DNA of 64,000 nt from Vicugna vicugna (Eukaryota): assembly GCA_013265495.1 (NCBI GenBank), contig MU058065.1:2891003-2955002 (forward strand), written 5' to 3'. Below are positions 38,485 to 52,266 of this stretch, piece after piece (the first letter of the stretch is position 1; each line of letters begins with the position of its first letter). The notes under the pieces are model-generated. The model worked only from the letters and a program-made list of their open reading frames with translations, was not told the DNA's origin and did no database searches. A program made the position numbers and the translations under genes.

Positions 38485-38620
38485 TTCAACCATCCAGCCA
38501 TCTATCCATCCATCCAAGAAGTATTTATTGAGTGCCAAGCATGTGCTAGGCATTGTTCTAATTGCTGAGATACACAAGTGAACAAGACAGAGTCCTGCTT
38601 TCATGGAGTATGCATTCTTC
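38485..38620 (-). mobile_element. L2 3' end
   Basis: cattcaaccatcc...gtatttattgagtgccaagcatgtgctaggcattgttcta. Confidence 0.75.
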
Positions 38621-38626
38621 TAATTT

Positions 38627-38695
38627 GTATTAGAGTTATTTTGATACTACAAAAGTCAGAAATCTCCAGAGAAACAGAACCAATAGGAGATAGAT

Positions 38696-38757
<62 letters not shown>

Positions 38758-39130
38758 AATAGATAATAGATAGATAGATAGATAAATAGACAGATAAATA
38801 GATTTCAAGAAATTGGCTCACACAATTTCAGGGGCTGGAAAATCTAAAATCTGTAGGGCAGATCAGTGGGCTGGAAACCTAGGTAAAAGTTGGTGCAGTT
38901 TTGAGGCAGAATTTTTTCTTATTTGGGAAAACTCAATTTTTGCTATTAAGGCTTTCAACTGATTGGATGAGGCCCACCCACATTATCAAAGCCAATCTCC
39001 TTAAAATCAACTTATTGCACATCTTAACCCCATTTACAAAATACCTTCACAGCAACACCTAAATTGGAGTTTGTTTAAATAACTGGGTACTATGGAGTAG
39101 CCAAGTTTATACATCAAGCTAACCATCACA
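38627..39130 (-). mobile_element. MLT2 (C/D-like) solo LTR containing a (GATA)n microsatellite at about 38689-38802
   Basis: tctccagagaaacagaaccaatagga...gaaattggctcacac...aactgattggatgaggcccaccca...aaccatcaca. Confidence 0.85.
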
Positions 39131-40664
39131 GATGGCTTCCCCAACTCAACTTCACTGCCAGCCTCTTTAAAATGATTGCATCATGTATCTGTCAGCCTGT
39201 AACCCCCACAGAGCTTCACATGATGCTTTGCAGCTAGTGGATGTTCAAGAAATATGTGCCATTGGGTTCCTTAAGCTCAGTTTTATGCCACATGCTCTGT
39301 CCGCATGTCTGTGAATGAGAAGGGAAGTTCATATCAAAGAGTATCACCCAGAGCCGAAGCAAGATCACAAACTGTGAAACAAAGGCAATGACCTCCCCAT
39401 CCACTCAGCCTGATCTGAAGATTCTGTCTTTTGAACCACACGCAGCATCTTGACTCAAGAGCACATCCCAGACCATCACACCAATGTCAAGGGATTACAT
39501 CCCTCTAAAAAATGCCACTAAGTACACCACGCACCTTTTTTGGGAAATGAATTTAAGCCTAGGGATTAAGAGACTTCATTTTTTCCCATCTGACTCTGAT
39601 CTGTTCTTGAGCCATCTGATCTGCTTCTTTTCATAAAGCAGATGTTCCTAGAGAGATTGCACAAGGAGCCAGGGGCCAGAGCCAACCTTCTGATCTGCAT
39701 GTGTCTCCACTGGCCACCCATGGGGCACTAGGCAAGCTGTGGCCTCAGTAAGTCAGAATCTTGCATTTCTAAGGATTCCATACCCTGATCTCTTATTGCA
39801 TCCCCCACCCCCACAGAATCCTTAAGGAGAAAGACACTTGCAATGTGCTCTTCTGGTATGCCTGACCCACGAGGCATCTTACATCAACTGTTTTCTCCAT
39901 AGAGTTAATCTAGACACACTCTCAAGGCTTGCTCAACATTAAGAAAAAAGTTAATAAATCTTAGCTGAGTACCTACTCTCAGCCAATCACTGAACAAGGC
40001 GCATACACATAGTTAATCTCTCCTAAAACTTTAGGAAGTAAGTGTCGTTACATCCATGACGCAAATGAGGAAATTGAGGCTGGCTGCAATTCAAAGTACA
40101 GATTGCAAGTCAAAGAAAAAGGCAACACTAATCTCACACCTTCATTCTCTAACTGACTGAACAAACTAATCCTAGGATAACTATGTGCACTTACCATTTG
40201 AACAGACTATAATCCTGTTTAACTCAGAGTATCCTGAAGTATCCAAACTTTTCCAAAGTAAGTGGAGCAAGTTGGTTTGTTGGGGTGGCGGTGGGGTTAG
40301 ACTTTTTTTTTTAATATGAAAGGAATGATGTGTGTGTGGAGTGGAAAGTGAATTCAAACATTTTGTTAAATTCTTTTCTGAAAGTCTATAAATCGGTCAT
40401 TGAAAAAGAAGCAATACTGAAGTCAGTATTTACAGGGATATAGATTTTTGGTATGTTTTCCAAAGCCACTTTCTCTTTGGAGGAGAGTCGTCGTGCGTAT
40501 TTCCAGGCCTCGACACACAAGATCCTATTAAATAAGAATTAACTGAGTTAGCCAGTGAAAAACACATGTTCTCTAGTATGTCTTCAATTAAGTTTGGTTC
40601 ACACCACAGAAAATCCTTCTGCTCACAAGCTAAGAAAGTAAGCCAATCAAGACTTGGTTCTTAC

Positions 40665-41606
40665 CTCATACAACTCAATAGCAAAACAAACAAACAAACA
40701 AACAGTCCAATCAAAGAAGGCCAATAGACACAAAAGATGCTCAATTTCACTAATTATCAGAGGAATGCAAATCAAAACTACAATGAGGTATCACCTTATA
40801 CTGGTCAGAAAGGCACCATTAAAAATGATAAATGCTGGAGAGAGTAGAGAGAAAAGCGAAGCCTCCTATGCTGTTGATTGGGATGTAATTAGGTGCAGTC
40901 ACTATGGAAAATAGTACAGAGATTTCTTTAAAAACTAAAAATAGAGTTACCATATGATTCAGCAATCCCACTTCTGGGCATATATCCAGAGAAAACTCCG
41001 ATTCAAAAAGATGTATGCACCCCAATGTTCAGAGCAGCATTACTTATAATAGGCAAGACATGAAAGAAACCTAAATGTCCATTGACAGATGACTGGATAA
41101 AGAGGATGTGGTACATACATACAATGGAATACTACTCAGCCATAAAAGAGTGAAATAATGCTGTTTGCAGCAACATGGACGGACCTAGAAATTATACTAA
41201 GTGAAGTAAGTCAGACAGAGAAAGACAAATATCATATCATATAATACCACTTATATGTGGAATCTAAAAAAAAAACAAAAATGAACTTATTTATAAAACA
41301 GAAACAGACTCACAGACAGAAAACAAACTTATGGAAGCCAAAGGGGAAAGAGATTGGGAGGGATAAAAGAGATTGTTTGGGATTAGCAGATATAAACTAC
41401 TATATACAGAATAGATAAACAAGATCCTACTGTATAGCATAGGGAACTATATTCAATAACTTGTGATAACCTTTAAAGGAAAAGAATCTGAAAAAGAATA
41501 TGTATATATATATATAACTGAATCACTATGCTGTACAACAGAAACAAATACAACATTGTAAATCAACTATACTTCAGTTTAAAAAAACACAGCTGGCACA
41601 AAGAAA
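40665..41606 (+). mobile_element. Lineage-type L1 3' end including ORF2 C-terminal remnant
   Basis: Translation contains MQIKTTMRYHL (ORF2); 3' UTR; TSD aagacttggttcttac (40649-40664) / aaaatttggctcttac (41607-41622). Confidence 0.92.
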
Positions 41607-41704
41607 AAAATTTGGCTCTTACTCAGTGAGTTGTTGAATGAAATGGGTGAATGAATGAAATCCTGAGGTCATGGAGGCTATTTCATGGAATGCTGCACAA
41701 AAAG

Positions 41705-42695
41705 AGTATTACGAAAGTAGAAAGACAGTCCTCAAAGTGAGAGAAAATATTTGCAAATCATGTATCTTATAAGGGACTTGTATCCAGAATATATAAAGAA
41801 CTCTTAAAACTGAATAACAGAAAGATAAATTGGAATTGGAAATGAACAAATGATTTGACCAGGGATTTTTCCAGAGAAAAAAAATCTGAATGGCCAGTAA
41901 GCACATTAAAAGATGTTTGACATCACTGGCCAGCAGGGAATTGAAAATCAAAACTGCAATGAGATGTCACTTCACATCTAACTAGGATGTCTGCCATCAA
42001 AAGGACAATCACAAGTGTCAGTGAAGATGTGGGGAAACTGGAACTCTCAGACATTGTGGTAGGAATGTAAAATAGTGTAGACATTTCGGGAAACAGTTTG
42101 GCAGCTCCCCAAAAGGTCAAATGCAGAATTAGCATATGGCCTAGCAATTTCACTCCTAAGTACTCACCAAGAGAAGTGAACACATGTGCCTACATAAAAG
42201 TACACAAATGTTCATAGCAGTATTATTCATAATATCTAAAAAGGGGAAACAGCCCCAACATCCTTCAATTGATGAAGGGATAAACAAAAAATGTGATATA
42301 TTCATATAATATAAATGCTATTTGACAATAAAAGGAAAGAAGGATAGATGCATGTTACAACATGGATGAACATTGAAAACATAAGTGAAAGAAACCAGTC
42401 ACAAAAGACCACTTTTTGAATGATTCCATATATATAAAATGTCCAGAATGGGCTAATCTATGTAGACAGAGAATAGATTAGTGGTTATTTAGGATTTGTG
42501 ACAAGAGATTTGGAGAGTAATGGGGATGACAAATAATGGGTATGGGTTTTTGGAGAGGAAGAAAGAAAATTTTCCAAGATTGATTATGGTAATGGTTGCA
42601 CAGCTCTATGAATATACTAAAAAGCTTGAATGGTGCACTTTAAATAAGTAAATTGTATGGTATATGAATTATATCTCAACAAAGTTGTTTTTTAA
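41705..42695 (+). mobile_element. L1MB-like older L1 3' end
   Basis: gagaaaatatttgcaaatcatgtatc...gaaaccagtcacaaaagacc...gaattatatctcaacaaag. Confidence 0.88.
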
Positions 42696-43384
42696 GAAGT
42701 CATTTATCAAATTGAGAATAGACTGAAAAAAAAATGAGATTTTTATCCCAAGGATCTAAACAGAATTTTTCAGAGTAGAATGGATAATCCTTATACTATT
42801 TGGCTTTCTTGGAGTTGTTATATTTTTAACAGTTTTGGGATGAAAAATTAAGGTAAGTATCATCCTTTTTCTCAGTACCATAATCTGCAGAAAAAAGAAT
42901 ATGGAAATATTCTATAGCAATGATTTCTCAATGAATTTCTATAGCAATGTATTCATCTTTACCAATTTTACTATTGCTTAACATATTTTTAAATCAACTC
43001 ACTTTTCTCTTAAAAAATATATATATATATATATATATTTAAAAGAAAAAGTATTTCCTTATTATAATTGGAAAACTAGTTTCACTTGCCGTAAATAAAA
43101 GATGACTGTTCAGTACAATAAAAATAAATCAATATTTTTAAATCTAGAGAGTTAACAATTGCTACCAGAAGACTCTAAGCCTGGGATTTGTTATCTTTCT
43201 TGTTAAAATAAGACATTAAAACAAAGAAATATTAAAACTTAGTACAATTGAATGACATTGTCAAAAAATAAAAAATAACTGAAAAGGAAACCATGTAGGA
43301 AGCCAGTGTTATTTAACACTATATCCATGAATGACCTGCAGCTCTCTCTTTGCCATCTGCCTGACAATCTGATGAAGGCATCTG

Positions 43385-43700
43385 GTAAGTGGGTGTCTCT
43401 TCTCTAAGTGGCAATTCCAGGTCCAGGTGCCTTCCCTCTTGTGACTCCCCTAGAGTCCTCTGCACCCAACTGAAGAGTGATCATAAAAAATACACACCCA
43501 CTTCTGAGAAATCTTGGCTCAGAGTTAGTACACATCGCTTTTGGTCATACTCCATCAAGGAAAATTCATCATATGGTCACTCCTAGATGCAAGAGGGACT
43601 GGGGAATGTGGTGCCTACCTGAACCATCATTTCCAGGGCAAAAGCTCCACACCACGAAAGGGGAGCAGATAATGGGGTGGACAGCTCTCTGGATCACAAC
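43385..43700 (-). mobile_element. Old MLT1 LTR fragment
   Basis: catatggtcactcctagatgcaagagggactggggaatgtggt. Confidence 0.55.
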
Positions 43701-44894
43701 CTTGGCTACTCCTGGTATTCCTGTAAAGATAAGCCATTATCTATAGCAGAAATGACTTTTGAAAGAATGCCAACATGTCATATGCCTTCTAAAACAAACT
43801 GAATTTCAGGATATAGATTTATTCAATAGGATGGCTATTTAAAATTAATGGACATTTAAAAAAATCTCACTCAAGCCACGCAATTTTAGATTCTCCTAGT
43901 TGAAGGGACCCCAGAGAGCATCTACTTATCACACAAAATATTTCACCCAGAACAAATGCTTAAAGAGCAGGTACATAGATTGCCTTCCCTTTGAGACTGA
44001 CCCCCTGGGGCTTCATTACCAGGTCGGTATGTCCCTCTTTCCCTTAGCATCAGCAGCAAAATGTTCCTGTGGCTGAACTGAAGCAGATAAAAATTAAGAA
44101 ACACAGGCTGCCTGCCTCACTTAGTGGTAAACTGTAAAAGGTCTCAGGCACCGTTACTTCTAAATCAATAGAAAAGCATTTCTAGGCTATCCGTTACTCT
44201 CAGGAAATCGGTCTTGGTGGAGAGCTCTTCTGGTTAGTGCAGTGTATCCTCTTTATAACCAATATTTGTTTCTAAAAATTGAAACACTAAATGTACTATG
44301 TACTTCATACCTTTTAATGCAGAAAACTATGTTATGTACTTCATATCTTTTAAATGTGTTATGTATAGTTATATAGATCTGTGTTAATGCATTACACACT
44401 TCATACCTTTTAAACCAGAAAACCATGGAACAGTAGGCAATCTTCTGATGACTCGGGGATTATCAAGAACATTCGTGTAATACAAGACCTTCCTGCCCTC
44501 ACATTAATGACCAAGTTGGGAATAGCTTGGAAATCCTCATGGCTTCTCTTATTCTTCAAATGTAAAGCTGCCCCAGTCTCGCCTCACTTCTCTCCTCCTG
44601 CCAGGAGTAGTGGCTCCCTCCTTGCCTAGAGACATGCTTTTTATCTGCTGTCAGTTTGAAAACAAAATAGCAAAACTGCTAGGAGCATTTTGACTTTAAC
44701 ATTACACACAATCCTAAATAAAAGAGTTGCCTTTGAGTCCATCTTAGAATCTACAGTGTGTATTGCATGACACTGCTTTTGGCTCTTCAGAGTTCCCTCA
44801 AGCTCAGTTCACAATTTTCTTCATGGCATAGAGTTGAGTGATTGAACAACTGAGTTCCAAGTAAATGATATGGTTGACTCTATTCTTATCATCT

Positions 44895-45810
44895 ATTAGT
44901 TAGGACTCTTACTTGCAAGTACCCAAGACCAAGTCAAACTGGCTTAAGCAAAATAGGGAATGTATGGACTCACACAGCTGAAAAGTCCATCTACTTCAGG
45001 CATGGCCAGATCCAGGTGCTTAAATAATATTGTCAAAGCTCCATCTCTCAACATCTTTGGCCCTACTTCCTACCATGTTGCCTTTGATCTCAGGCAAAGT
45101 TGGTGTGAGCTGGCCTTGAGATGAGTTGAGGCTGTGGGACCCAAGGCCACAATCAGAGCATGTTTGTAGTATGCAGTAAATAATTGCTGTATGTATGCAT
45201 CAATTATATAAGATTTAGAATAAAGAGAATAGAAGTACACACGTGCTAGAGATATTCTGTAAGCCTAATGAACAAAGAAATTCACATTGTGCATGTGCTG
45301 ACTGAGAACAGATAAAAAGCAGGACAGGTGCATCACAGGAGCACCTCCCTGTGGCAATAGAATAAAGTGTTGTTAATCCCATGGTATCTCCTGCTGATGT
45401 CTGTCCAGCGGTATGGCAACTTCTCTTGCATTTTTTCGTTTGGGCCGCTCACCTCCTAGAACCCCACATCAGCCTCCCTTGGCTGACAGTTGGCCACCAG
45501 CCTCTGTGGGTTTACATACTACCAGTTTACCAGTCCCAACAGAAATTATGTATCTTTTTCTCAGTAGTTGAATAAGTCTTAGTGATTTTCATTGACCAAA
45601 TTGGATCACATAACATTGCTTGAACCAGTCACAGTGATTGATTGGCCAGGCTCTAATCACATTCCCAATCCTGAAATTCAGTCCATCCAAAACTACTTGA
45701 GTTTAGAATAGGAAAAAATGAGGTTAATTCCTTAAGATGAAATCAAGGTGCTATTAGCAGAAGAGAGGACAGATTCTAGGCTGGCAAGAAGAAAAGAGAG
45801 AGGGATGTCT
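44895..45810 (-). mobile_element. Fragmented old MLT1 LTR (interrupted at about 45100-45370)
   Basis: tattagttaggactct..ttgcaagt...caaactggcttaagcaaaa; gattggccagg..atcaca; aaatcaaggtgctattagcagaag. Confidence 0.55.
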
Positions 45811-45844
45811 ACTTAAGTTTATTGTAGACCATTTAATCTAGGGG

Positions 45845-45938
45845 TTTTTTTTGTTATTGAAGTAAAGATTTACAGTGTTGTGTTAGTTTCTGGTGTACAG
45901 CAAAGTGATTCATTTACACATATATTTCTTTTTCACAT
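45845..45938 (-). mobile_element. Short L1 3' tail
   Basis: ttattgaagtaaagatttacagtgttgtgttagtttctggtgtacagcaaagtgattca. Confidence 0.8.
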
Positions 45939-46959
45939 TAATCTTAGTTTCTAGAAGTTCAAAACCAAGCCAATTTTTGAATAATCATTCTGCTGTAGAG
46001 TCATTCCTGTTAGTAACACTCCTAAAAATTTCCTGTAGGCAGGAAGACAAATTTGGCCCCAAAACTATACGATACACCTCTGACATTAGGCCTTTTTAAA
46101 TAGAACATATTTCTGTTTCCTGATTACAGCATGTTTCTATCATCACCTTTATAATAATTTTCACACTTTTTCTTTCACTTGAAGTAAAAATTTCAGTGTG
46201 AAATTTCTGTCCTGTTTCAATATCAGCAGTTTTTAAGTCTTTGTAAGTCTTTCTGGAATACCATTTTCTTCTAAAACAGGAAGTGTGTGAGCCAAAAATA
46301 ATCTTTCCTTTTAGCCTAGCAGCTTTCCAGTGAGTGATGCTGGAAGCTTTAATAAAAGGTAGCATTAGCAGCCAGGGCACTCCAAGCTGGTACTGCTCAG
46401 AAGGCATCTGTTAAACTCCTTTGGGTATCGATCTCCCAGGCTGATGTTCTTCTCCCTGTTTCCACAAGGAATAGGCCTGGCTATACCTTTGGCATCAAAT
46501 AGAATCTTCTTGGATGCTGAAGGAGTGCACAAAGTGTAGCCCTACTCAGTTCTGTGGCCAACACACTTACATGGTAAGGATTAGCTAGGCACCCTCCTGC
46601 ACATCCCACCCACCCACTTCCATAAATCCTACAGTGGTGTAGGGGCCAGGAAACAGATCTGTTCTCTATTCAAAGGCTATGGAGCCAAGAACTCCCAAAG
46701 TCCTTGCGTCAGAATCACCATTCCCTAACTCCTCTGTGCGTTCTTCCCTGACCCCACCTGGCAAGGGGCCACAGCATCTCTTGGAGGCATCCACCTCCCC
46801 GTGGCTCTGGGGGAGGAATGCAGCATTCACAGTAGGAAGACTGGGCTTTGAAATTTAGTCCTGCCACTTACCAGCAGAGGGATCATTCCTATTCACCTCC
46901 GCAGGTCCCTTCTCTCCCTTTTTGGCCACAGTCCCTGTCGTCGTCCCTGTTGTCTTTTA

Positions 46960-47540
46960 GTGCTCCCCTCTTCCCTCACCACTGAATTTATGGTCCAGGG
47001 GTCTCCCTGAGATGAAACCAATCAGCACATCTGCATCCCCCTGGCCACAGCCACTGGTTGAGCGATGGGCCCTGTTCTAAGACAAATGGGCATGAGCAAG
47101 TCAGAACAGTTTGTAAGAGTTACTCATAGAATGTGTGCTCTCTCCTGCTGGACTTGAAGCTCATTTGATGCTGGGAACCAAGTAATCACAGTTTGTCTGG
47201 TACTTTCCTGGCTTTAAGATGGAAATATGTCTAGGGACCCCCTTCCATCCCAGGCAAACCAGGGTGGTTGTACACCCTGGTTGTGAGCACTGGGTATGAG
47301 GGCTGGAGCTGTTACAGCCATTTTGTTACCACATGAAACCTGACAATGAAACCAGCACAAATGAAAAGGAGCTGAGAGATGGAAAGAAGTCAGTTCCTGG
47401 TCACATCTTCCAATCCCTGGATCCAGCTACATCTGTAGCAAAAAGCCCTTGGAGCCTCTCATTATAAGAGCCAATACATTCACTTTTTGCTTAAGCCAGC
47501 ATAACTTGGATTTACTGACACTTGTAACAGAAAGACTGCT
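46960..47540 (+). mobile_element. Old MLT1 LTR with nested MER81-like MITE (about 47175-47281)
   Basis: ccaatcagcacatctgcatccccctggccacag...ttgcttaagccag...cacttgtaacagaaag; nested catcccaggcaaaccagggtggttg..caccct. Confidence 0.6.
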
Positions 47541-47564
47541 CATTAATATATCAGTTATATGTTA

Positions 47565-47890
47565 CATGAGTTGCTTAACTTCTGTGAGCCTCAGTTAGTT
47601 CATCTGTAAACTGGAATGGTATTTCCTGAAGATTAAAAGAAACTATAGTGTCAAATGTCTGCCTCAATGTCTGGCATATAGTTTTGTTCCCTTCTCTTTA
47701 TAAGCTTGAACACTCATAAACTCTAGAGATTGAAGGCTAGAAAGGAAAGAGATGCACTTGTTCCAATGGCTCATTAAACAGATAAGGAAACTGAGACACA
47801 GATGAAAACTAACTTCCCTAAAGCCTGTGGCAAAGTCAGGACTAGAACCAGGCTCCTTGAGTTCTGCCTAGTGCTGTTTCTATCGCATCA
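47565..47890. mobile_element. Two MIR fragments in opposite orientation
   Basis: cttaacttctgtgagcctcagtt..catctgtaaa (+) and acagataaggaaactgagacacaga (-). Confidence 0.65.
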
Positions 47891-50091
47891 TGAACCCAAA
47901 ATCTCATTTTGCCTTTGAGAGGGCAACTTTACGGATGCAAAGAGAAGGACAAGTCTCTCACATCTCAAGGAGACACTATCTAAATATGATGGCTACAGCA
48001 TGTCGGGGGCAATGCCAGGTGCTGGCCCAGAACAAGGGCTCATCTGACCAGTCTTTCTAACTAGACATCAGTTTAATATCCTCATAGGTCATTATCAACA
48101 GGTTCTTCTCCTGCTCCAAGGCACCTGCCCCAACCAGAAGTCATCTTCTGAAGGGAAGACTTGAATGCAAGCCTGAGGGACCCAGTCTTCCAGCCACTTA
48201 GTAATAAAATGTATCAGCAAGCAATTAGTCATTGCAAAATTTAGAAGCTGCATTTAGACTTGGTTTCCTTCTTAGGAAAGTAAAATTCCTTCTCTAAAGG
48301 AAGCTCCCAACTGTGCTTGTAAATGTCTTTCCCAAAGCAAATGACACCAGCGGGGGAAATGGGGAAGAAGGACAGTGATAACTGCACCACCCTCGATTAG
48401 GGGTGGGGCTGGGGGGAGGGCAGGGAAGGCTGGGCACCTTGTTGTCACCTGAGGGGGCTGTCCAGTGCTCAGCTGGTCTGCTTTCTCATTCCACAGCCCT
48501 GAGCCATGGCCAGGGGTCCACCAGGGTATGGAGAGGCGGCGCTCAGCTGTCTGCTGTGCGGGTGATTTATTTGTCCTGTCCACAGCCTGGCTAGTTTTAC
48601 TCTAAGCTGACTTGAGATCATAAAAGGAATAGTCTCCTTGACTGCCACATGTTTGGGAGGGAGACCGGGACAGAGTGGCCAAGTGATTCCCCTAGGACTG
48701 CTGGGCTTCATTCCAGCTGCTTCAGAAAATCTTGGAAGAATGTACAGTACTGAACTGAAGGAATTTTCCTCTCCGTCAACTAGCAGTATAACCCCTGTGC
48801 GTCAAAATGCATCTGCCAGGTTCTTGAGGGCAGGGACCATTACGGGGCAGGACCTCCACCAAGTATCATAAGGCTATGTGTTAAGCACATAGCAAACTGA
48901 GTGAGTGCGGGTTTCACGTGTGTGCTGTTTAAGGGTCCATTTCATCACATTTCTCAATTCTATACATTATGGACCAATTGACAAAAGAGTCAGATCACAA
49001 TCCAAGCATCAGCTTTATCCCTAGTAAAGCTGGATCAGAGGCCTTGGCTTAAGCCTGGGGCCAAAAGAAGTTTCTTCATCTTTCTTGTTACCCTCTCAGC
49101 TGGGCCTACTGACCCAGGGAGAGGTGAAAGAGCTGGACACCTGCCTGCTGCCTCCCACCAGGTCCTGCCATGACGGGCCTTCTCCAAGGAGAAGCGGAGG
49201 CCTATGGGCAGGCAGCCCTGAAGGAAAGAGCCATCAAGGACCTGAGTGTGATGTGCTGCAGGACTTCCTTTCCCCCATCCGCCAGTTAGATAAATATAAA
49301 TCACGCCTTATCCCAGGAGGAGAAGAAGTCAGTGAAGGAAGTACAGAAGGAGTTCGCCCACTGCCTTAAGAGGTCTGACAATGTTGCCTTTGCAATTCAG
49401 AAAGCAGGCCCACCTTAGAGGAAAAAGCGTCTTCTTGCTAGGACTCTAAGCTCTCCTGAAAGTAAACTCCTTAAAAGGGGCTCTCGGATGAACCCGCCTT
49501 GTCCCCAGGTCCACATGAAGACAAAGAGCCCCACAGCAAACCTCTCACACCAGTTTGTCCTCTGCCATGCCTTCACCACATTCATGAGTTCAGAATAAAG
49601 AAAGAAAAATTTCATTTAAAATAAATGGAGACCATCAGCTCTGTTTCAAAGTATCTGATGGCCCAGCCCAGGCATCAACAATTGAGGCAGCTCTGGTGAC
49701 TTCAGTCATGGGGCCAGGTTTATGGGGGAACTACAAGTGCTTAATTAAGTCTCAGGACCGCTCACTCACACAGGCCCTGGGGGGAGAGGGGAGACTCTGG
49801 GGACATCACATGGTGGTAGGTTTGGGGAAAATTTGCAAAGATAGGTTAAATTAACCCCCATTGGTTAACAGCACTGTCCATTTCCACTCTGATGTCCCCT
49901 CTTCACACTCACCTCCATGTTGAGTGGTATTGGAGTGGCCATGGAATTGAGGGATCTGGATGGAGAAAAATTAATTTAGGAATACATTGGTTTGGGCTTA
50001 GCAATAATACATGTATGTAGTCTGCAATCCTTTCCATGTATAGTTGAGTTATTGCTAACTGTTGTAGAGTAGAAAGAACTCCCAGGAGTAT

Positions 50092-51318
50092 TTTTTAATT
50101 TATTTTTCATTGACATTTTGATCGGGAAAATTGTAGATTCACATGCAGTTGTAAGAAATCATACAGAAATCCCTTGTACACTTTGCCCAGTTTCCCCTGA
50201 TGATAACATTTGGCAAAACAATAGTCTAATATAACAACCAAATATTAACACTGATACTATTCACTTATCATATTCAGATTTCCCAGTTTTATTTGTATTC
50301 ATTCTTGCGAGTGTATGTGTGTATTAAATTCTATCAGTCCTATTACCCATGCAGGAGCATGTACCTATTACCGTAGTTAAGGTACTGACCAGTTTCAAAG
50401 CCAGAAATATCCCCATGTTGTCCCTTTATAAGTACACCCAGCTCCCCTCCTCTTTCTACCTTTCTCCCCAACCCAAACAACTACACACCCATCCTCTATC
50501 TCTAAAATTTTGTCCTTTCAAAATGTTATGTCAGTGGAATCATATAAATGGAATTGTACAGAACATAACCTTTCAGAATTGGCTTTTTCCCACTCAGCAT
50601 AATCCCCTTGAGATCTACCTTACATATATCAATAGTTCATTCTTTTTATCTCTGAGTAATGCCCATGGATTCACTGTACACAGTTATTTGCCCACAGCTG
50701 ATCTGTTGGAGGCCATCTGGGCTGATTCCAGCTGGTATGAACATTTGTGTACAGGTTTTTGTGTGAACATAAGTTTTGATTTATCTGGGATCAGGGATTT
50801 CCAGAAATGCAACTGCCATGCCATATGATACTTGCATGCTCATTAAAAAAAAAATACAAATTATTTTCCGGAGTACCTGTACTAGTTAACATTCCCATCA
50901 GCAATGTATGAGTAGCCCAGTTTCTCTGCATCCTCACCAGCATTTGGTGTTACCATTTTTTTTTTAATTTTAGCCTTCCTGATGTGCAGGGATATCTTGT
51001 TGTGATTTTAATTTGTGTGTCTCTTAATGGCTAATGAGGTTAAACACATTTTCACATGCTTATTTGCCATCTGTATATCCTCCTCAGTGAAACATCTGTG
51101 TCTGTCTTTTTTTTTTTTTTGTAATAAGATTTTTTTCTACTGTTGCATTTTGAGAGCTCTTTATAAATTCTTGATACCAATCCTTCGTCAGACACATGGT
51201 TTGTGAATATATTCTCTCAATTTGTAATTTGTTTTTTCATCCTCTTCACTTGAGCTGTTATAGAGAAAAGGGTTTTAATTTTGATCTTTCCAATTTATCA
51301 ATTTTTCCTTTTATAGAT
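50092..51318 (-). mobile_element. L1MB/MC-like 3' region
   Basis: tagattcacatgcagttgtaagaaat...cattcccatcagcaatgtatgag...tatttgccatctgtatatcctc. Confidence 0.85.
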
Positions 51319-51612
51319 TGTCTCAGTCCATTCAGAATGTAGTAACAAAATATGACAGATTGGGTAGCTTACAAACAACAGAAATTTATTTCTCATCATG
51401 CAGGCGGCTGGGAAGTCCAAGACCAAGACACCAGTACGGCAGCACTCTGGTGAAGGCCCACTTTCCTGTTCATAGCTAGTGGCTTCATCTCGTGTCTTCA
51501 CATGGTAGAAGGGGCTAGGGAGCTCTGTGGGGCCTCTTTTATAGGCACTAATCCTATTCAAGGTGCCTCCAGCCTCATGACCTAACTACCTCCCAAACAT
51601 TAAAACCATAGC
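51319..51612 (-). mobile_element. MLT1A-like LTR
   Basis: tgtctcagtccattcagaatgtagtaacaaaat...aaacaacagaaatttatttctca...ccatagca. Confidence 0.82.
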
Positions 51613-51859
51613 ATGGGTCATTCTTTCAGTGTCAGGACCAACAATATTTTGAATGCCTACACTGTCAATTAATTCATCGAGAAGCATGATATGATTGTGC
51701 AAGATAAGTGGTCATAGGGCCACATGAATATACCCCAAGTCAGCAATACCAGGAAGAATGTGGGCATGGAGGAAAGCAAGGTTTGAGATGTATGGTGCCA
51801 GGAAGGAATCTTTAGAAAATTCTTATCATCATCGGATGTGCCAAACTGTAAGCAGAAGA

Positions 51860-52266
51860 TTTCTGTTTTCATTAAATGCCTAGTAAAATTAGTAAAAAGC
51901 TATTAAAAATAAAAATAGAATCTGGTTAATCATATGAGAAGACTGAGTTATCTTTATATTATTTCTGCAGATTGTGTTATAAAACTGTTATCATATAGAG
52001 AGACCAAAGAGAATGCAACCCAGAAAAATATACAGAAATAGAAGCTTCACAGCATTACGAAAGGTATTTAACTAATAAAAGATAACATTATGTTTCTGGA
52101 TTTCTGTGATGTTTGTGTTGTCAGGTGTCTGAAAAGTATACTTCTCTGTAGTCTCTTTTCTTCTGCATAGGTCTTTGTCTTTGTACCTAGCATTGCACTC
52201 TTCTTATTAAAGTGGGGTCCCCAAATTGAATACGGTTCAGGTCCCACAAAACCTAAATCAGCCCCT
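51860..52266. mobile_element. hAT-Tip100-like (Zaphod/MER115-type) DNA transposon remnant
   Basis: Terminal ttcaggtcccacaaaacctaaatcagcccct motif. Confidence 0.45.

Noticed and set aside
50349..50828. 159-aa ORF
   Set aside because: Lies antisense within a decayed L1 3' region; no recognisable domain.
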